A stretch of DNA of 47,025 nucleotides from an uncultured Candidatus Saccharibacteria bacterium (GTDB lineage Bacteria; Patescibacteriota; Minisyncoccia; Ryanbacterales; GWA2-47-10b): the NCBI GenBank assembly GCA_964356915.1, contig CAYHJF010000003.1:83579-130603 (forward strand), given 5' to 3'. Under the pieces are notes generated by a model that was not told the DNA's origin, made no database searches, and saw nothing but the letters and a program-made list of their open reading frames with translations. The translations under genes were made by a program, and so were the position numbers. The first letter of the stretch is position 1. The number at the start of each line of letters is the position of its first letter. Shown piece by piece: positions 16,693 through 25,676 of the stretch.

Positions 16693-17178
16693 ATGTTAAG
16701 ACAAAGACGCATACTTTTCTACCTCAGAGAAGCTCAAATTGTATATGATAAAAAATTAAACGAAGAGATGGACGCCCACATCATTCCTGATATATTTGTA
16801 GGCACTGGCGAGGGAGTTCCAATTTATCTCTTAGTGAACTTTATTCTTGAAAAAGAAAAGAAGGATAAGACATATAGAAAAGATCTAGAATTCCAAATAA
16901 AAGACTGCGTACCAAGTGGTCTTTTAGGACACCCATACTCTTATGACCCATTTAATGGCACCGCCAGAAGAATTGATTATTTTGTTTGTATGACGCCTAA
17001 AGGAAGGAAGTTGGTTACTGAAAATTTTATTTTTAGGTGGCTTTATTTTTTCGAATTTTTTCTAAAAGAGTTTGATAGAACGAATGCTCTTATCGTTACA
17101 CTGTTACTAAGTAGCGTTTTCTGGGGAGGTATTCTTCTTTTTAGTGAGCACCTTAAGAGTATATTCGGTATATCGTAG
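16693..17178 (+). CDS. Hypothetical protein with C-terminal TM (AT-rich)
   Basis: 161-aa ORF; TAAAAT 7 nt before ATG. Confidence 0.65.
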   Translation: MLRQRRILFYLREAQIVYDKKLNEEMDAHIIPDIFVGTGEGVPIYLLVNFILEKEKKDKTYRKDLEFQIKDCVPSGLLGHPYSYDPFNGTARRIDYFVCMTPKGRKLVTENFIFRWLYFFEFFLKEFDRTNALIVTLLLSSVFWGGILLFSEHLKSIFGIS

Positions 17179-17275
17179 ACTAATTTTTAGTATTTTTTAT
17201 ATTAAAACGTTATGGTAAAAAATAAAACAAGATGGCAACGGGCGACAAACTAACAAAAAATGTTTTTCTCTTCCC

Positions 17276-18130
17276 TCAAGATAATATCTCTCCGAGAAGC
17301 CCCCAAAACTGTGGCCAGCTTTTAGTAACTGCTTCGGGATGTTCAAACTGCACTTCTTTTTTCTCCACCTTCCCTTTCATCGCAAGCGCCTGTACCACGC
17401 GATGATCCCACGACGTAATTGGCTTCCCTGCTTCAAAATTTTCTAACTCCACCTCCATCACTTCTATCCTATTGCTCTCATGGCCCTCTAGATTGGGCCA
17501 ACGCTCTTTTCCCTCCTTCTGAGTAATATATCCAAAGGCTCGGGCAAAACAATAATCCTCAGCTTGGTGTGGTACAAACTCTGGCTGCTCACCTCGCATA
17601 AGCGCTATAAACGTCTCTGCTTGGCGCAATATCGTCTCATCATATCGTAGCTCCCACGTCATCCCTTTGGCACGTCTTTCGCGCCAGTGACTTACCGCTT
17701 CATATGTAAGCTTCAACTTAAATGACGAATTTTTTATTACTTCATCTCTACCACACAACAGTGCAGCACTCGCCCATTGTGACGTACCATGATCAAGTTC
17801 AAGAAGCTTTGAGAGTGAATATGAAATAATGCCCGCATCGTTTGTGATGGGACGATCTTTGAGAGTTCCTTGTTTGATAAAAACTTTATTGAAACCAAAA
17901 TGCCAAGAAGCAAATTGCAAAAATCGATAGAGCGTTCCCGACTCCCCTACATCGATCGCTTCATCTGTATGCCACGCGCGAGCTGCACGTAACAACGCCT
18001 CCAAATCATCGGAAAGATTATTCTGCACCTCAAGAAATATCTCGATATCAGAGTATCCGTTGACGATATCGAGCACGCCAACTCGCATCATCCACGACTT
18101 ATCGAGCGGAATATATTCTTTAATATTCAA
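17276..18130 (-). CDS. Shortened EPSP synthase (AroA)-like / enolpyruvyl transferase-fold protein
   Basis: PLDKSWMMR, DVGESGTLYRFL, TSQWASAALL, ESNRI, DHRVVQAL and VTKSWPQFW mirror AroA motifs; likely TTG start at 18130 after AGGAGAGG. Confidence 0.75.
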   Translation of the reverse strand: MNIKEYIPLDKSWMMRVGVLDIVNGYSDIEIFLEVQNNLSDDLEALLRAARAWHTDEAIDVGESGTLYRFLQFASWHFGFNKVFIKQGTLKDRPITNDAGIISYSLSKLLELDHGTSQWASAALLCGRDEVIKNSSFKLKLTYEAVSHWRERRAKGMTWELRYDETILRQAETFIALMRGEQPEFVPHQAEDYCFARAFGYITQKEGKERWPNLEGHESNRIEVMEVELENFEAGKPITSWDHRVVQALAMKGKVEKKEVQFEHPEAVTKSWPQFWGLLGEILS

Positions 18131-18641
18131 TTCCTCTCCTCGCTTTTTTGCCTTCATAAAATGGATGCTTAACATCTTTGATCTCACTGACAAGATCGGC
18201 CTCATCAATCAAGGATTGTTTAGCTCCCCTACCCGTCAAAATCAAATCTACTTTTTTCTCTCGACTTGTACGAATTAACCGGAGCGCATCTTCTTCGGCA
18301 ATCAAACCTAGATCAATCGCATTGTGTATCTCATCGGCAATAATAATATTCCATTGTTCACCTTCCACTTCACGAATCAATTCTGCGAGCGCATCTTTCG
18401 CCGCCCCCTCATGTTCCTCACGCGGAAGCGTATCATTTAAAATTCCGACGAATCCTTTGCCGCGCTTTCGTAATTCAAAATCCGGAAGCAGACGCTTGTG
18501 CGATTCGTCTTCGCCCGACGGCCACGGCCCTTTGATAAACTGAATCATCAATACTTTTTTACCATCTCCGACCGAACGAAGTGCTTGCCCCAACGCCGCA
18601 GTCGTCTTCCCCTTTCCATCGCCAGTAAAGATATAAATCAC
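18120..18641 (-). CDS. btuR: Cob(I)yrinic acid a,c-diamide / cob(I)alamin adenosyltransferase (BtuR/CobO)
   Basis: IFTGDGKGKTTAALG, QFIKG, DLILTGR, KHPF...ARRGIEY. Confidence 0.93.
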   Translation of the reverse strand: MIYIFTGDGKGKTTAALGQALRSVGDGKKVLMIQFIKGPWPSGEDESHKRLLPDFELRKRGKGFVGILNDTLPREEHEGAAKDALAELIREVEGEQWNIIIADEIHNAIDLGLIAEEDALRLIRTSREKKVDLILTGRGAKQSLIDEADLVSEIKDVKHPFYEGKKARRGIEY

Positions 18642-18904
18642 ACTCGGTCTTTATTCTCCGAACGAATGTGCCCGAAAAAAACCAAAAGAACAGACACGCT
18701 TACAACAAACAAAAGAATCAAATCGTACCCACTCAAATGCACTCCGTATGCTTCATTACCTATGAGCTCCGGTTCAAGCCAGCGTTCATTGAATACATTA
18801 CCATCTAAAACAAGTGTTGCGACGCCCAAAATAAGCGTCATAAAAAATGCTACGGGAATCGCCGCCACAACTGCGAAAAGCAATGCGCGAAAAAATCTTC
18901 TCAT
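18638..18904 (-). CDS. Small hypothetical membrane protein
   Basis: Two hydrophobic segments; its stop overlaps the btuR start. Confidence 0.6.
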   Translation of the reverse strand: MRRFFRALLFAVVAAIPVAFFMTLILGVATLVLDGNVFNERWLEPELIGNEAYGVHLSGYDLILLFVVSVSVLLVFFGHIRSENKDRV

Positions 18905-18938
18905 ATATTCATAGTACCAACTCATCGAACTAGAAGAA

Positions 18939-18974
18939 ATACAAAACCCCTCGGTTGCCCTTGGGGTTTTGTAT
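18939..18974. terminator. Terminator after nrdJ
   Basis: ATACAAAACCCC ... GGGGTTTTGTAT inverted repeat. Confidence 0.75.
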
Positions 18975-19025
18975 CCTTATCTACTTACTCTAGTCTGGCA
19001 CGCGAAGTGTGTGTCGCCTAGAGCT

Positions 19026-21785
19026 CTATCCACAGGAACCGAGATTTTCTCCGCAGCTCGCACATGTGTAACACGATCCTGTACGGACCATGATCGCTCC
19101 ACATCGACATGCCGGCGCATCTTGGTACGCAGAGACAGTTAATTTTTCTGTCGTCTGTAATTCAATTGTTGTTCGCGCTACTGGAGTCTCTGCTTTTACT
19201 ACGGTATTCGCGTTTTCGGCAGCTGCCTCTTGCGCTTCTACATAGATACCGAACGTGCGCTGTTCATCGGGCGTCAAAAATTTAATCGCGAGGAATTTAC
19301 CAAGATAATCAAGAATTGATTTTGCAACTGGCACATCTGAATTCTCAGTAAAACCTGCCGGCTCAAAGCGCGTGTGAACAAACTTACGTACAATAGTCTG
19401 AACGGGCACACCATATTGAAGTGCAACGGACATCAGCACACCAATTGAATCAAGAAGTCCTGAAATCGTACTACCTTCTTTTGCCATTCGAATAAATACT
19501 TCGGCGAGTTTACCATCCGGATAAATACCGTAGTGCAAATATCCTTCATGACCCATGACTGTAAACTTGTGACGGAACGATACGACATCTGCAGGAAGCT
19601 GTTTGCGCTCAAGTCGCATTGGTTCATCTTTTTCATCTTGCCCTGACCCTTTTGTGCGCCCTGTATTTAGTGGCTGAGCACCCTTTGATCCATCACGGTA
19701 TACCGCAACGGCCTTGAGTCCGAGCTTCCATGAATCCGTATAGACATTCATGATATCTTCGATTGTTACTTCGGCAGGAAGATTTACTGTTTTAGAGATC
19801 GCACCAGAAATAAATGGTTGCGCGGCAGCCATCATACGGATGTGACCCATATAATGAATAGAACGCGCGCCACCAGGAGCATTCACCGCGCAGTCGAACA
19901 CCGCGAGATCTTTTTCTTTTATGTGTGGCGCTCCCTCAATACGATCGTTATCTGCAATATATTGCACAATTGCATCGATCTCATCTTGCGCGTACCCAAG
20001 ATTTTTAAGTGCTGCGGGAACGGTCTTGTTTACGATTTTGAGAAATCCGCCGCCAACCATCTTTTTATATGCAACGAGTGAAAACCCTGGCTCAACGCCA
20101 GTCGTATCACAATCCATCATAAATGCGATTGTACCGGTTGGCGCTAACACGGAAGCCTGCGAATTACGGACGCCGTGCTTTTCAGCGTTCGCGACAGTTT
20201 TATCCCATACATCATGCGCGGCATCCATCATATCTTTGGGTACATAGCGTGACTCTATGTCTTCTACAGCGTCACGATGCATGCGCAATACCTTCTGCAT
20301 TGGACGCTTGTTTACCTCGTAGCCAGCAAAGGTACCTACACGCTCTACAAGCCTCGTAGACGTTAGATACGCCTGTCCCGTCAGAATAGCGGTGATCGCC
20401 CCCGTCAGAGCTCTCCCCTCATGTGAGTCGTACGGAAGACCCTTATACATAAGAAGTGCCCCAATATTGGCATACCCGATTCCAAGCTCACGAAACGCCT
20501 TTGCATTCTCTGTAATACGCTCTGTTGGATAGTGTGACCCTGCAACGATAATATCCATTGCAGTCGTCATAATCTCTACTGTGTGCCGAAATGCCTGCAC
20601 ATCGAATGAATCATCCTCGCGCAAATACTTCATGAGGTTGAGTGAGGCGAGATTACATGCAGAGTTATCGAGATGCATGTATTCAGAGCACGGGTTTGAT
20701 GCATTAATACGACCCGTTACTGATGCAGTGTGCCAGCGATTGATCGTCGTATCATATTGCATTCCTGGATCTGCACAGTGCCATGAAGCCTCCGCGATTA
20801 AATATAGTAAATCTCGTGCTGGCGTTTTCTCAACTGTCTCTCCATTCATAACTGCTTTCAATTCCCACTCTCCCCCTTCAATTGCGCGCTGCATAAAATC
20901 ATCCGTTACGCGCACTGAATTGTTCGCATTCTGAAAAAATATATTATTGTATACGTTACCATCGATCGCATCATCATATCCCATCGCGATGAGTGCTTTT
21001 GCTTTTTCTTCTTCCTTCCATTTGCACGTAATGAACTCTCGAATATCTGGATGATCGATATTCATTACAACCATCTTTGCTGCGCGTCGCGTCTTACCTC
21101 CTGACTTGATCGTACCTGCGATTGCATCCGCTCCTTTCATAAATGAAACAGGACCGCTTGAGCGTCCACGTCCACGAATTTTTTCTTTTGATGATCGAAG
21201 ATTGGAAACATTAATACCCGCACCAGAACCTCCCGCAAAAATAAACATTTCATCGTGATACCATCGCATGATTGATTCTTTGTTGTCTTCGACGGAAAGA
21301 ATAAAACATGCCGAGCACTGCGGCTTCTCTTCAACGCCAACATTAAACCAAATCGGTGAGTTAAATGCCGCATTCTGATTTACTAGGATCCACTTCAGTT
21401 CTTCGTTAAAAATTTTCTCTTCCGATTCGTCAGCAAAATATTTATATCCACGCCCCCATCCCGTGATTGTGTCTGCAACACGATCTACGAGCTGTCGTAC
21501 ACTCGACTCGCGTCCCTCTTTACCCACATGTCCGTAAAAATATTTCTCTGCAACAATATCAGTCGCTGTTTGCGACCAAAACATTGGCACCTCTACATTG
21601 TCTTGTTCAAAAACCACATTACCCTTTGAGCCAGAGATTACTGCACGACGTTTTTCCCATGTAATTTCATCGTATGGATGAATATTTTCGTGCGTAAAAA
21701 ATCGCGCTAGACGAAATGCGCGCTTTGAATCCTGTGCTCGGCCTTTCTTTGCTACTGCTTTTACCGCGGGCGTTGTAGTCGACAT
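19026..21785 (-). CDS. nrdJ: Vitamin B12-dependent (class II) ribonucleotide reductase
   Basis: FNSPIWFN, QCSACFI, GGKTRRAAKM, NPCSEY...SACNLAS, LAPTGTI, GAISKTVN, C-terminal TSCPD domain and Cys zinc ribbon; start MSTTT at 21785. Confidence 0.96.
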   Translation of the reverse strand: MSTTTPAVKAVAKKGRAQDSKRAFRLARFFTHENIHPYDEITWEKRRAVISGSKGNVVFEQDNVEVPMFWSQTATDIVAEKYFYGHVGKEGRESSVRQLVDRVADTITGWGRGYKYFADESEEKIFNEELKWILVNQNAAFNSPIWFNVGVEEKPQCSACFILSVEDNKESIMRWYHDEMFIFAGGSGAGINVSNLRSSKEKIRGRGRSSGPVSFMKGADAIAGTIKSGGKTRRAAKMVVMNIDHPDIREFITCKWKEEEKAKALIAMGYDDAIDGNVYNNIFFQNANNSVRVTDDFMQRAIEGGEWELKAVMNGETVEKTPARDLLYLIAEASWHCADPGMQYDTTINRWHTASVTGRINASNPCSEYMHLDNSACNLASLNLMKYLREDDSFDVQAFRHTVEIMTTAMDIIVAGSHYPTERITENAKAFRELGIGYANIGALLMYKGLPYDSHEGRALTGAITAILTGQAYLTSTRLVERVGTFAGYEVNKRPMQKVLRMHRDAVEDIESRYVPKDMMDAAHDVWDKTVANAEKHGVRNSQASVLAPTGTIAFMMDCDTTGVEPGFSLVAYKKMVGGGFLKIVNKTVPAALKNLGYAQDEIDAIVQYIADNDRIEGAPHIKEKDLAVFDCAVNAPGGARSIHYMGHIRMMAAAQPFISGAISKTVNLPAEVTIEDIMNVYTDSWKLGLKAVAVYRDGSKGAQPLNTGRTKGSGQDEKDEPMRLERKQLPADVVSFRHKFTVMGHEGYLHYGIYPDGKLAEVFIRMAKEGSTISGLLDSIGVLMSVALQYGVPVQTIVRKFVHTRFEPAGFTENSDVPVAKSILDYLGKFLAIKFLTPDEQRTFGIYVEAQEAAAENANTVVKAETPVARTTIELQTTEKLTVSAYQDAPACRCGAIMVRTGSCYTCASCGENLGSCG

Positions 21786-21857
21786 ATATGTGCCAAAATT
21801 TGCTCTAATAATTTTTAACGTACAGCTAGTGTACCCCCCACCCAAAGTAGGCGGAAG

Positions 21858-21866
21858 TGTGGATAA
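21858..21866. promoter_or_regulatory. Perfect DnaA box upstream of nrdJ
   Basis: TGTGGATAA (reverse complement TTATCCACA) in the ftsZ-nrdJ intergenic region. Confidence 0.45.
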
Positions 21867-21980
21867 GTGAAAAAAAATATAAAAAATTACTCAATCAGTC
21901 GCACAACGTAAAAAGTGAAAAATGCCTTGCTCAGTCAAAACTATTAGAAACTGAAAGTTATCATGACGCAAGGGCTTCGC

Positions 21981-22010
21981 GAAAAACACTCCTTGCGAGG
22001 AGTGTTTTTC
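21981..22010. terminator. Terminator after ftsZ
   Basis: GAAAAACACTCCT-TGCG-AGGAGTGTTTTTC. Confidence 0.85.
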
Positions 22011-22049
22011 TGTGTCCTTTTATAAATTTTGCCGCTACTCGGGTAAAAA

Positions 22050-23159
22050 TTATTTTTTCGCTCGTCGTAGAAACGCCGGAATAGCATCCCACTCTTCTGT
22101 AGACTCGGGTGATGGTTCTTGCACGATCTTTGGACGAGCAACCGGAGCAAATTCTTCTTTCTTTTGGACTGGAGCACTAAATAAACTTACTGGTTTTACT
22201 GAAGGCTCGCCAAAACCAGAAGCAACAACTGTAATTTTTATTTCTCCTTTCTTAAGACGCTCATCTTTTACTGCTCCAAAAATTACACGAGCATCTTTTG
22301 CGATTGGCTCAGTGATTACACGAGCCGCTTCATTTACCTCCCACATCGTTAGATCATCACCCCCGGCGATTGAGAAGAGTACTCCGCGTGCGCCGTCAAT
22401 TGAAACGTCGAGAAGTGGTGAAGAGATGGCAAGCTTGGCAGCCTCTGCTGCACGATCTTCACCTGACGATGTTCCGATACCCATCAATGCTGAACCTGCA
22501 TTCTGAAGCACTGAACGAATGTCAGCAAAGTCAACGTTGATAATACCAGGGAGCGTAATGAGATCTGAAATACCCTGCACTGCTTGGCGCAAAATTTCAT
22601 CACACATTGAAAATGCATTCGTGAATGTTGTCTTGCGATCAATAATATTTAGCAAGCGATCATTTGGAATAACGATCATCGCATCAACTGCCTCCTTGAG
22701 TCGCTGTAAACCTTCTTCCGCGATTCGCGCGCGCTCAGAACCTTCAAACGTAAATGGCTTTGTCACGACACCAACTGCGAGCGCTCCTTCTGATTTCGCA
22801 ATGTTCGCAATCACCGGTGCTGCGCCCGTGCCCGTACCGCCACCAAATCCGCACGCGATAAAAACCATATCCGTTCCGCGCATAACTTCCGTAAGCTCTT
22901 CACGAGACTCCTCTGCTGCTTGCCTGCCAACTGATGGCTCCATGCCAGCACCGAGTCCGCGTGTTGTATTTTTTCCAATATGTATTTTACGAGGCGCAAG
23001 AGAATGATGAAGGTCTTGGGCGTCAGTATTTACGCCGACAAAATCCACACCGTGAATTTTTGACTTAATCATGTGATCCAGCGCGTTAAGTCCAGAACCT
23101 CCGCAGCCTATTACTTTGATTCGGGCAAATGTTTCGACATCGGGATTAATCCGTGGCAT
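22050..23159 (-). CDS. ftsZ: Cell division protein FtsZ
   Basis: NTDAQ, GGGTGTG, INVDFAD, C-terminal IPAFLRR. Confidence 0.98.
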   Translation of the reverse strand: MPRINPDVETFARIKVIGCGGSGLNALDHMIKSKIHGVDFVGVNTDAQDLHHSLAPRKIHIGKNTTRGLGAGMEPSVGRQAAEESREELTEVMRGTDMVFIACGFGGGTGTGAAPVIANIAKSEGALAVGVVTKPFTFEGSERARIAEEGLQRLKEAVDAMIVIPNDRLLNIIDRKTTFTNAFSMCDEILRQAVQGISDLITLPGIINVDFADIRSVLQNAGSALMGIGTSSGEDRAAEAAKLAISSPLLDVSIDGARGVLFSIAGGDDLTMWEVNEAARVITEPIAKDARVIFGAVKDERLKKGEIKITVVASGFGEPSVKPVSLFSAPVQKKEEFAPVARPKIVQEPSPESTEEWDAIPAFLRRAKK

Positions 23160-23259
23160 GGCACTACTCTAGCGTCATCGTGCCGTGAGGGTCAAGAGAA
23201 AAAAAGAATCCATCTAAAGCAAACCAAAGACATCTATATGTCAAGATTTTTCTGCGAGC

Positions 23260-23670
23260 TTAGTCGCAATATTTATACCGAACGCCAACGGAACACCCGA
23301 CAATAGAGCAGATCGGCGCTGTCTTTGCTTTTTTATCTTCTGCTCTGATCTTTTCGATATCATCTCCCCTTGCATGATATAGACATCGCTCTTCAACCTT
23401 CTCTACTCCTCCTCCACAACATCCGCATCCGCAAGCCATATAAGGCTCGCTTACTTCTTCAATCTCACGAACCTCTTCCTTCGTCGCTCGCTTATGAGCA
23501 CTTGCGATCGACGAGGCATATGACGCCTGCGCTTCTATATATTCGATTTCTTGTTCGATTGAATACACTTCAATCTGCCCCCATAAAAAAAGAGTGGCTG
23601 CGCACGCAAGACCAATCGTCCATGGCAACCAGCGATCATGATAAAGTTCTTTAGTAAAAAAATTCCACAT
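23260..23670 (-). CDS. Hypothetical membrane-anchored protein with Cys-rich C-terminus
   Basis: N-terminal TM; ACGCGCC...CLY...CSIVGCS...YCD. Confidence 0.7.
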   Translation of the reverse strand: MWNFFTKELYHDRWLPWTIGLACAATLFLWGQIEVYSIEQEIEYIEAQASYASSIASAHKRATKEEVREIEEVSEPYMACGCGCCGGGVEKVEERCLYHARGDDIEKIRAEDKKAKTAPICSIVGCSVGVRYKYCD

Positions 23671-23711
23671 AACTCTTTTTATTATATAAGGAAGTGCGCC
23701 AAATCTAAAAC

Positions 23712-23734
23712 AAAACTCGCATCATGCGAGTTTT
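23712..23734. terminator. Terminator after ftsA
   Basis: AAAACTCGCA-TCA-TGCGAGTTTT. Confidence 0.75.
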
Positions 23735-23735
23735 A

Positions 23736-24962
23736 TTATGGGATAAGAGAGCGTAAAAATTTTGATATACGTTTTGAAATCGGAAGGGAGAACATACTAT
23801 TTGATCTTCCCGAAGAGACATATTCGCTTGCGGCATACTTCACAAGCCCCACTGCAGTTGCCCACTCAGGGCCAACAACCAATTCTTTATGATCGCTAAT
23901 GCCTGATGGCGAACCACCAATCTCAACTGGTAAATGGAGTTCTTCACGCGCCATGCGTTGAATATCAAAAAGGCGTGCCCCACCACCAACAAGCACTACT
24001 CCTCCCGGCAACAACTCTGAACGGCCAATGCGTTTCAAATGTTTTTCTACAAGCTCAAAGACATCGCCCAACCGTGCTGATACAATTTCTCGAAGTTTTT
24101 TTGGAGAAAAAGTTTCTTCAAAGTTTTTTGGAAAATCTGCGAGACGAATTTCTTTTTTTCCTTGTTCTAAAAATACACCGAGATTTCGCTTCACGCGCTC
24201 AGCTGAAGCAAGATCAATCTCAAATCCAAGACCGATATCATACGTAATATGTCCGGAACCAACAGGTAAAACGTCCAATGACACGAGCGTCCCTTCTTCA
24301 AATACTGCGAGATTGGTTGTCTGTGCTCCAATATCAAGTAGCATCGAACCAACTTCTTTTTGTTTTTTTGAGAGCGTATGAAAAGATGCTGCGTATGGAG
24401 AAACGAGTACATCGTCGACCGAAAGACCTGCGATCTCCATCGCCTTAAAAATATTCTTAATATGCGTCGTAAAGCCAGCGATAAAAAGCGTTTCCGCTTC
24501 AAGCTTCATACCATTGAGGCCTACTGGCTCACGAATCCCTGAATCACGATCAATACTATAAAAGAGTGGGAACGTATGGATAACCTCGCGATTCCCAAGT
24601 CGCGGGAGCGCAGCCTCACTCGCCTCAATAACACGAGCAACATCTTCTTTGGTTACCTCTCCGTCTGCACGCGATACGGATACCGCACCCTTGCCAATAT
24701 GCGTCTGTACACGGGGCTCACCAAGCGATACATATGCATGGTCTACATCTATAGAGGTCTGTTTTTTCAGATCTGCGAGTGCACGCTGAATGCTGCGGGC
24801 GACAATGTCCGGATCTGCAACAGCGCCTTTTCGTACACCGTCCGCAGGGGCTTCACCAACACCAAGAACCGAAAGGGCATATTCCCCCTTCTTCTCGGCA
24901 ACAACAAGCCGAATCGTACTCGATCCGATATCAAGACCGACAAGATAGTCTTGGTGCGCCAT
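23736..24962 (-). CDS. ftsA: Cell division protein FtsA
   Basis: VGLDIGSSTI, GVRKGAV, LLDIGAQTT, GVVLVGGGA; start MAHQDY at 24962. Confidence 0.95.
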   Translation of the reverse strand: MAHQDYLVGLDIGSSTIRLVVAEKKGEYALSVLGVGEAPADGVRKGAVADPDIVARSIQRALADLKKQTSIDVDHAYVSLGEPRVQTHIGKGAVSVSRADGEVTKEDVARVIEASEAALPRLGNREVIHTFPLFYSIDRDSGIREPVGLNGMKLEAETLFIAGFTTHIKNIFKAMEIAGLSVDDVLVSPYAASFHTLSKKQKEVGSMLLDIGAQTTNLAVFEEGTLVSLDVLPVGSGHITYDIGLGFEIDLASAERVKRNLGVFLEQGKKEIRLADFPKNFEETFSPKKLREIVSARLGDVFELVEKHLKRIGRSELLPGGVVLVGGGARLFDIQRMAREELHLPVEIGGSPSGISDHKELVVGPEWATAVGLVKYAASEYVSSGRSNSMFSLPISKRISKFLRSLIP

Positions 24963-24972
24963 TCCTACTATA

Positions 24973-25434
24973 TTATGAAAGTTTAACGAGTGCTTCGCGC
25001 GCGAGACGAGAGATGCGCTCTCCAGACGCACGGCCTTTGAGTGTCGGGGTAATTGTCTTCATCAGAACGCCAAATGATTCAACTCCCGTTGCCCCAGACT
25101 CGCGAATACCATCCTGAACTATTCGCATAATTTCTTCATCTGGAAGTTCAGCAGGTAAGTAGACTCCAAGTATCGCAGCCTCTCTCGCTTCCTGCGCTGC
25201 AAGCTCTGGACGTCCCCCCTTCTCAAATTCCGTAACCGCATCCTTGCGCTTCTTTACTTCGCGCTGAATAACTTGCAAAACTTCATCATCACCAAGTCCA
25301 ACATCTTTTTTGCGCTCTTCGATTTCTTTATTTTGGATTGCCGCAAACAAAAGGCGGAGTGTACTAAGACGCTCCTTGTCGCCGCCATGAATCGCCTCTT
25401 TCAAATCATCGCGAAGCTTCTGGGCAAGGGACAT
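24973..25434 (-). CDS. GatB/YqeY domain protein
   Basis: LSTLRLL...EVKKRKDA...GRPELAAQE...YLPAEL. Confidence 0.92.
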   Translation of the reverse strand: MSLAQKLRDDLKEAIHGGDKERLSTLRLLFAAIQNKEIEERKKDVGLGDDEVLQVIQREVKKRKDAVTEFEKGGRPELAAQEAREAAILGVYLPAELPDEEIMRIVQDGIRESGATGVESFGVLMKTITPTLKGRASGERISRLAREALVKLS

Positions 25435-25437
25435 GTA

Positions 25438-25653
25438 TTAGGCTTCCTTACCTAACTTGCGCAAGCGGTCGTAATGCTTTCGTTTTTCAAGACGCTTAAG
25501 CGCGTCCTTTTTCTTTTTTGTCTTTGATTTCGGGCGCGTGCGATATGCCGAACCTCGAACATCGAGCAAAATGCGACTCTGCTGTACCTTGCGTGTAAAT
25601 CGACGCAAGAGAGATCCGGTTGTTTCTTTTTCTCGTTTTCGTACTTCTACCAT
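25438..25653 (-). CDS. rpsU: 30S ribosomal protein S21
   Basis: VEVRKREKETTGSLLRRFTRKVQQS; basic 71-aa protein upstream of yqeY. Confidence 0.85.
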   Translation of the reverse strand: MVEVRKREKETTGSLLRRFTRKVQQSRILLDVRGSAYRTRPKSKTKKKKDALKRLEKRKHYDRLRKLGKEA

Positions 25654-25676
25654 ATATATTTCTCCGAGTATTGATC

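Noticed and set aside
21816-21835. Possible NrdR box upstream of nrdJ (tacactagctgtacgt)
   Set aside because: Only a partial match to the palindromic consensus, and no tandem second box.
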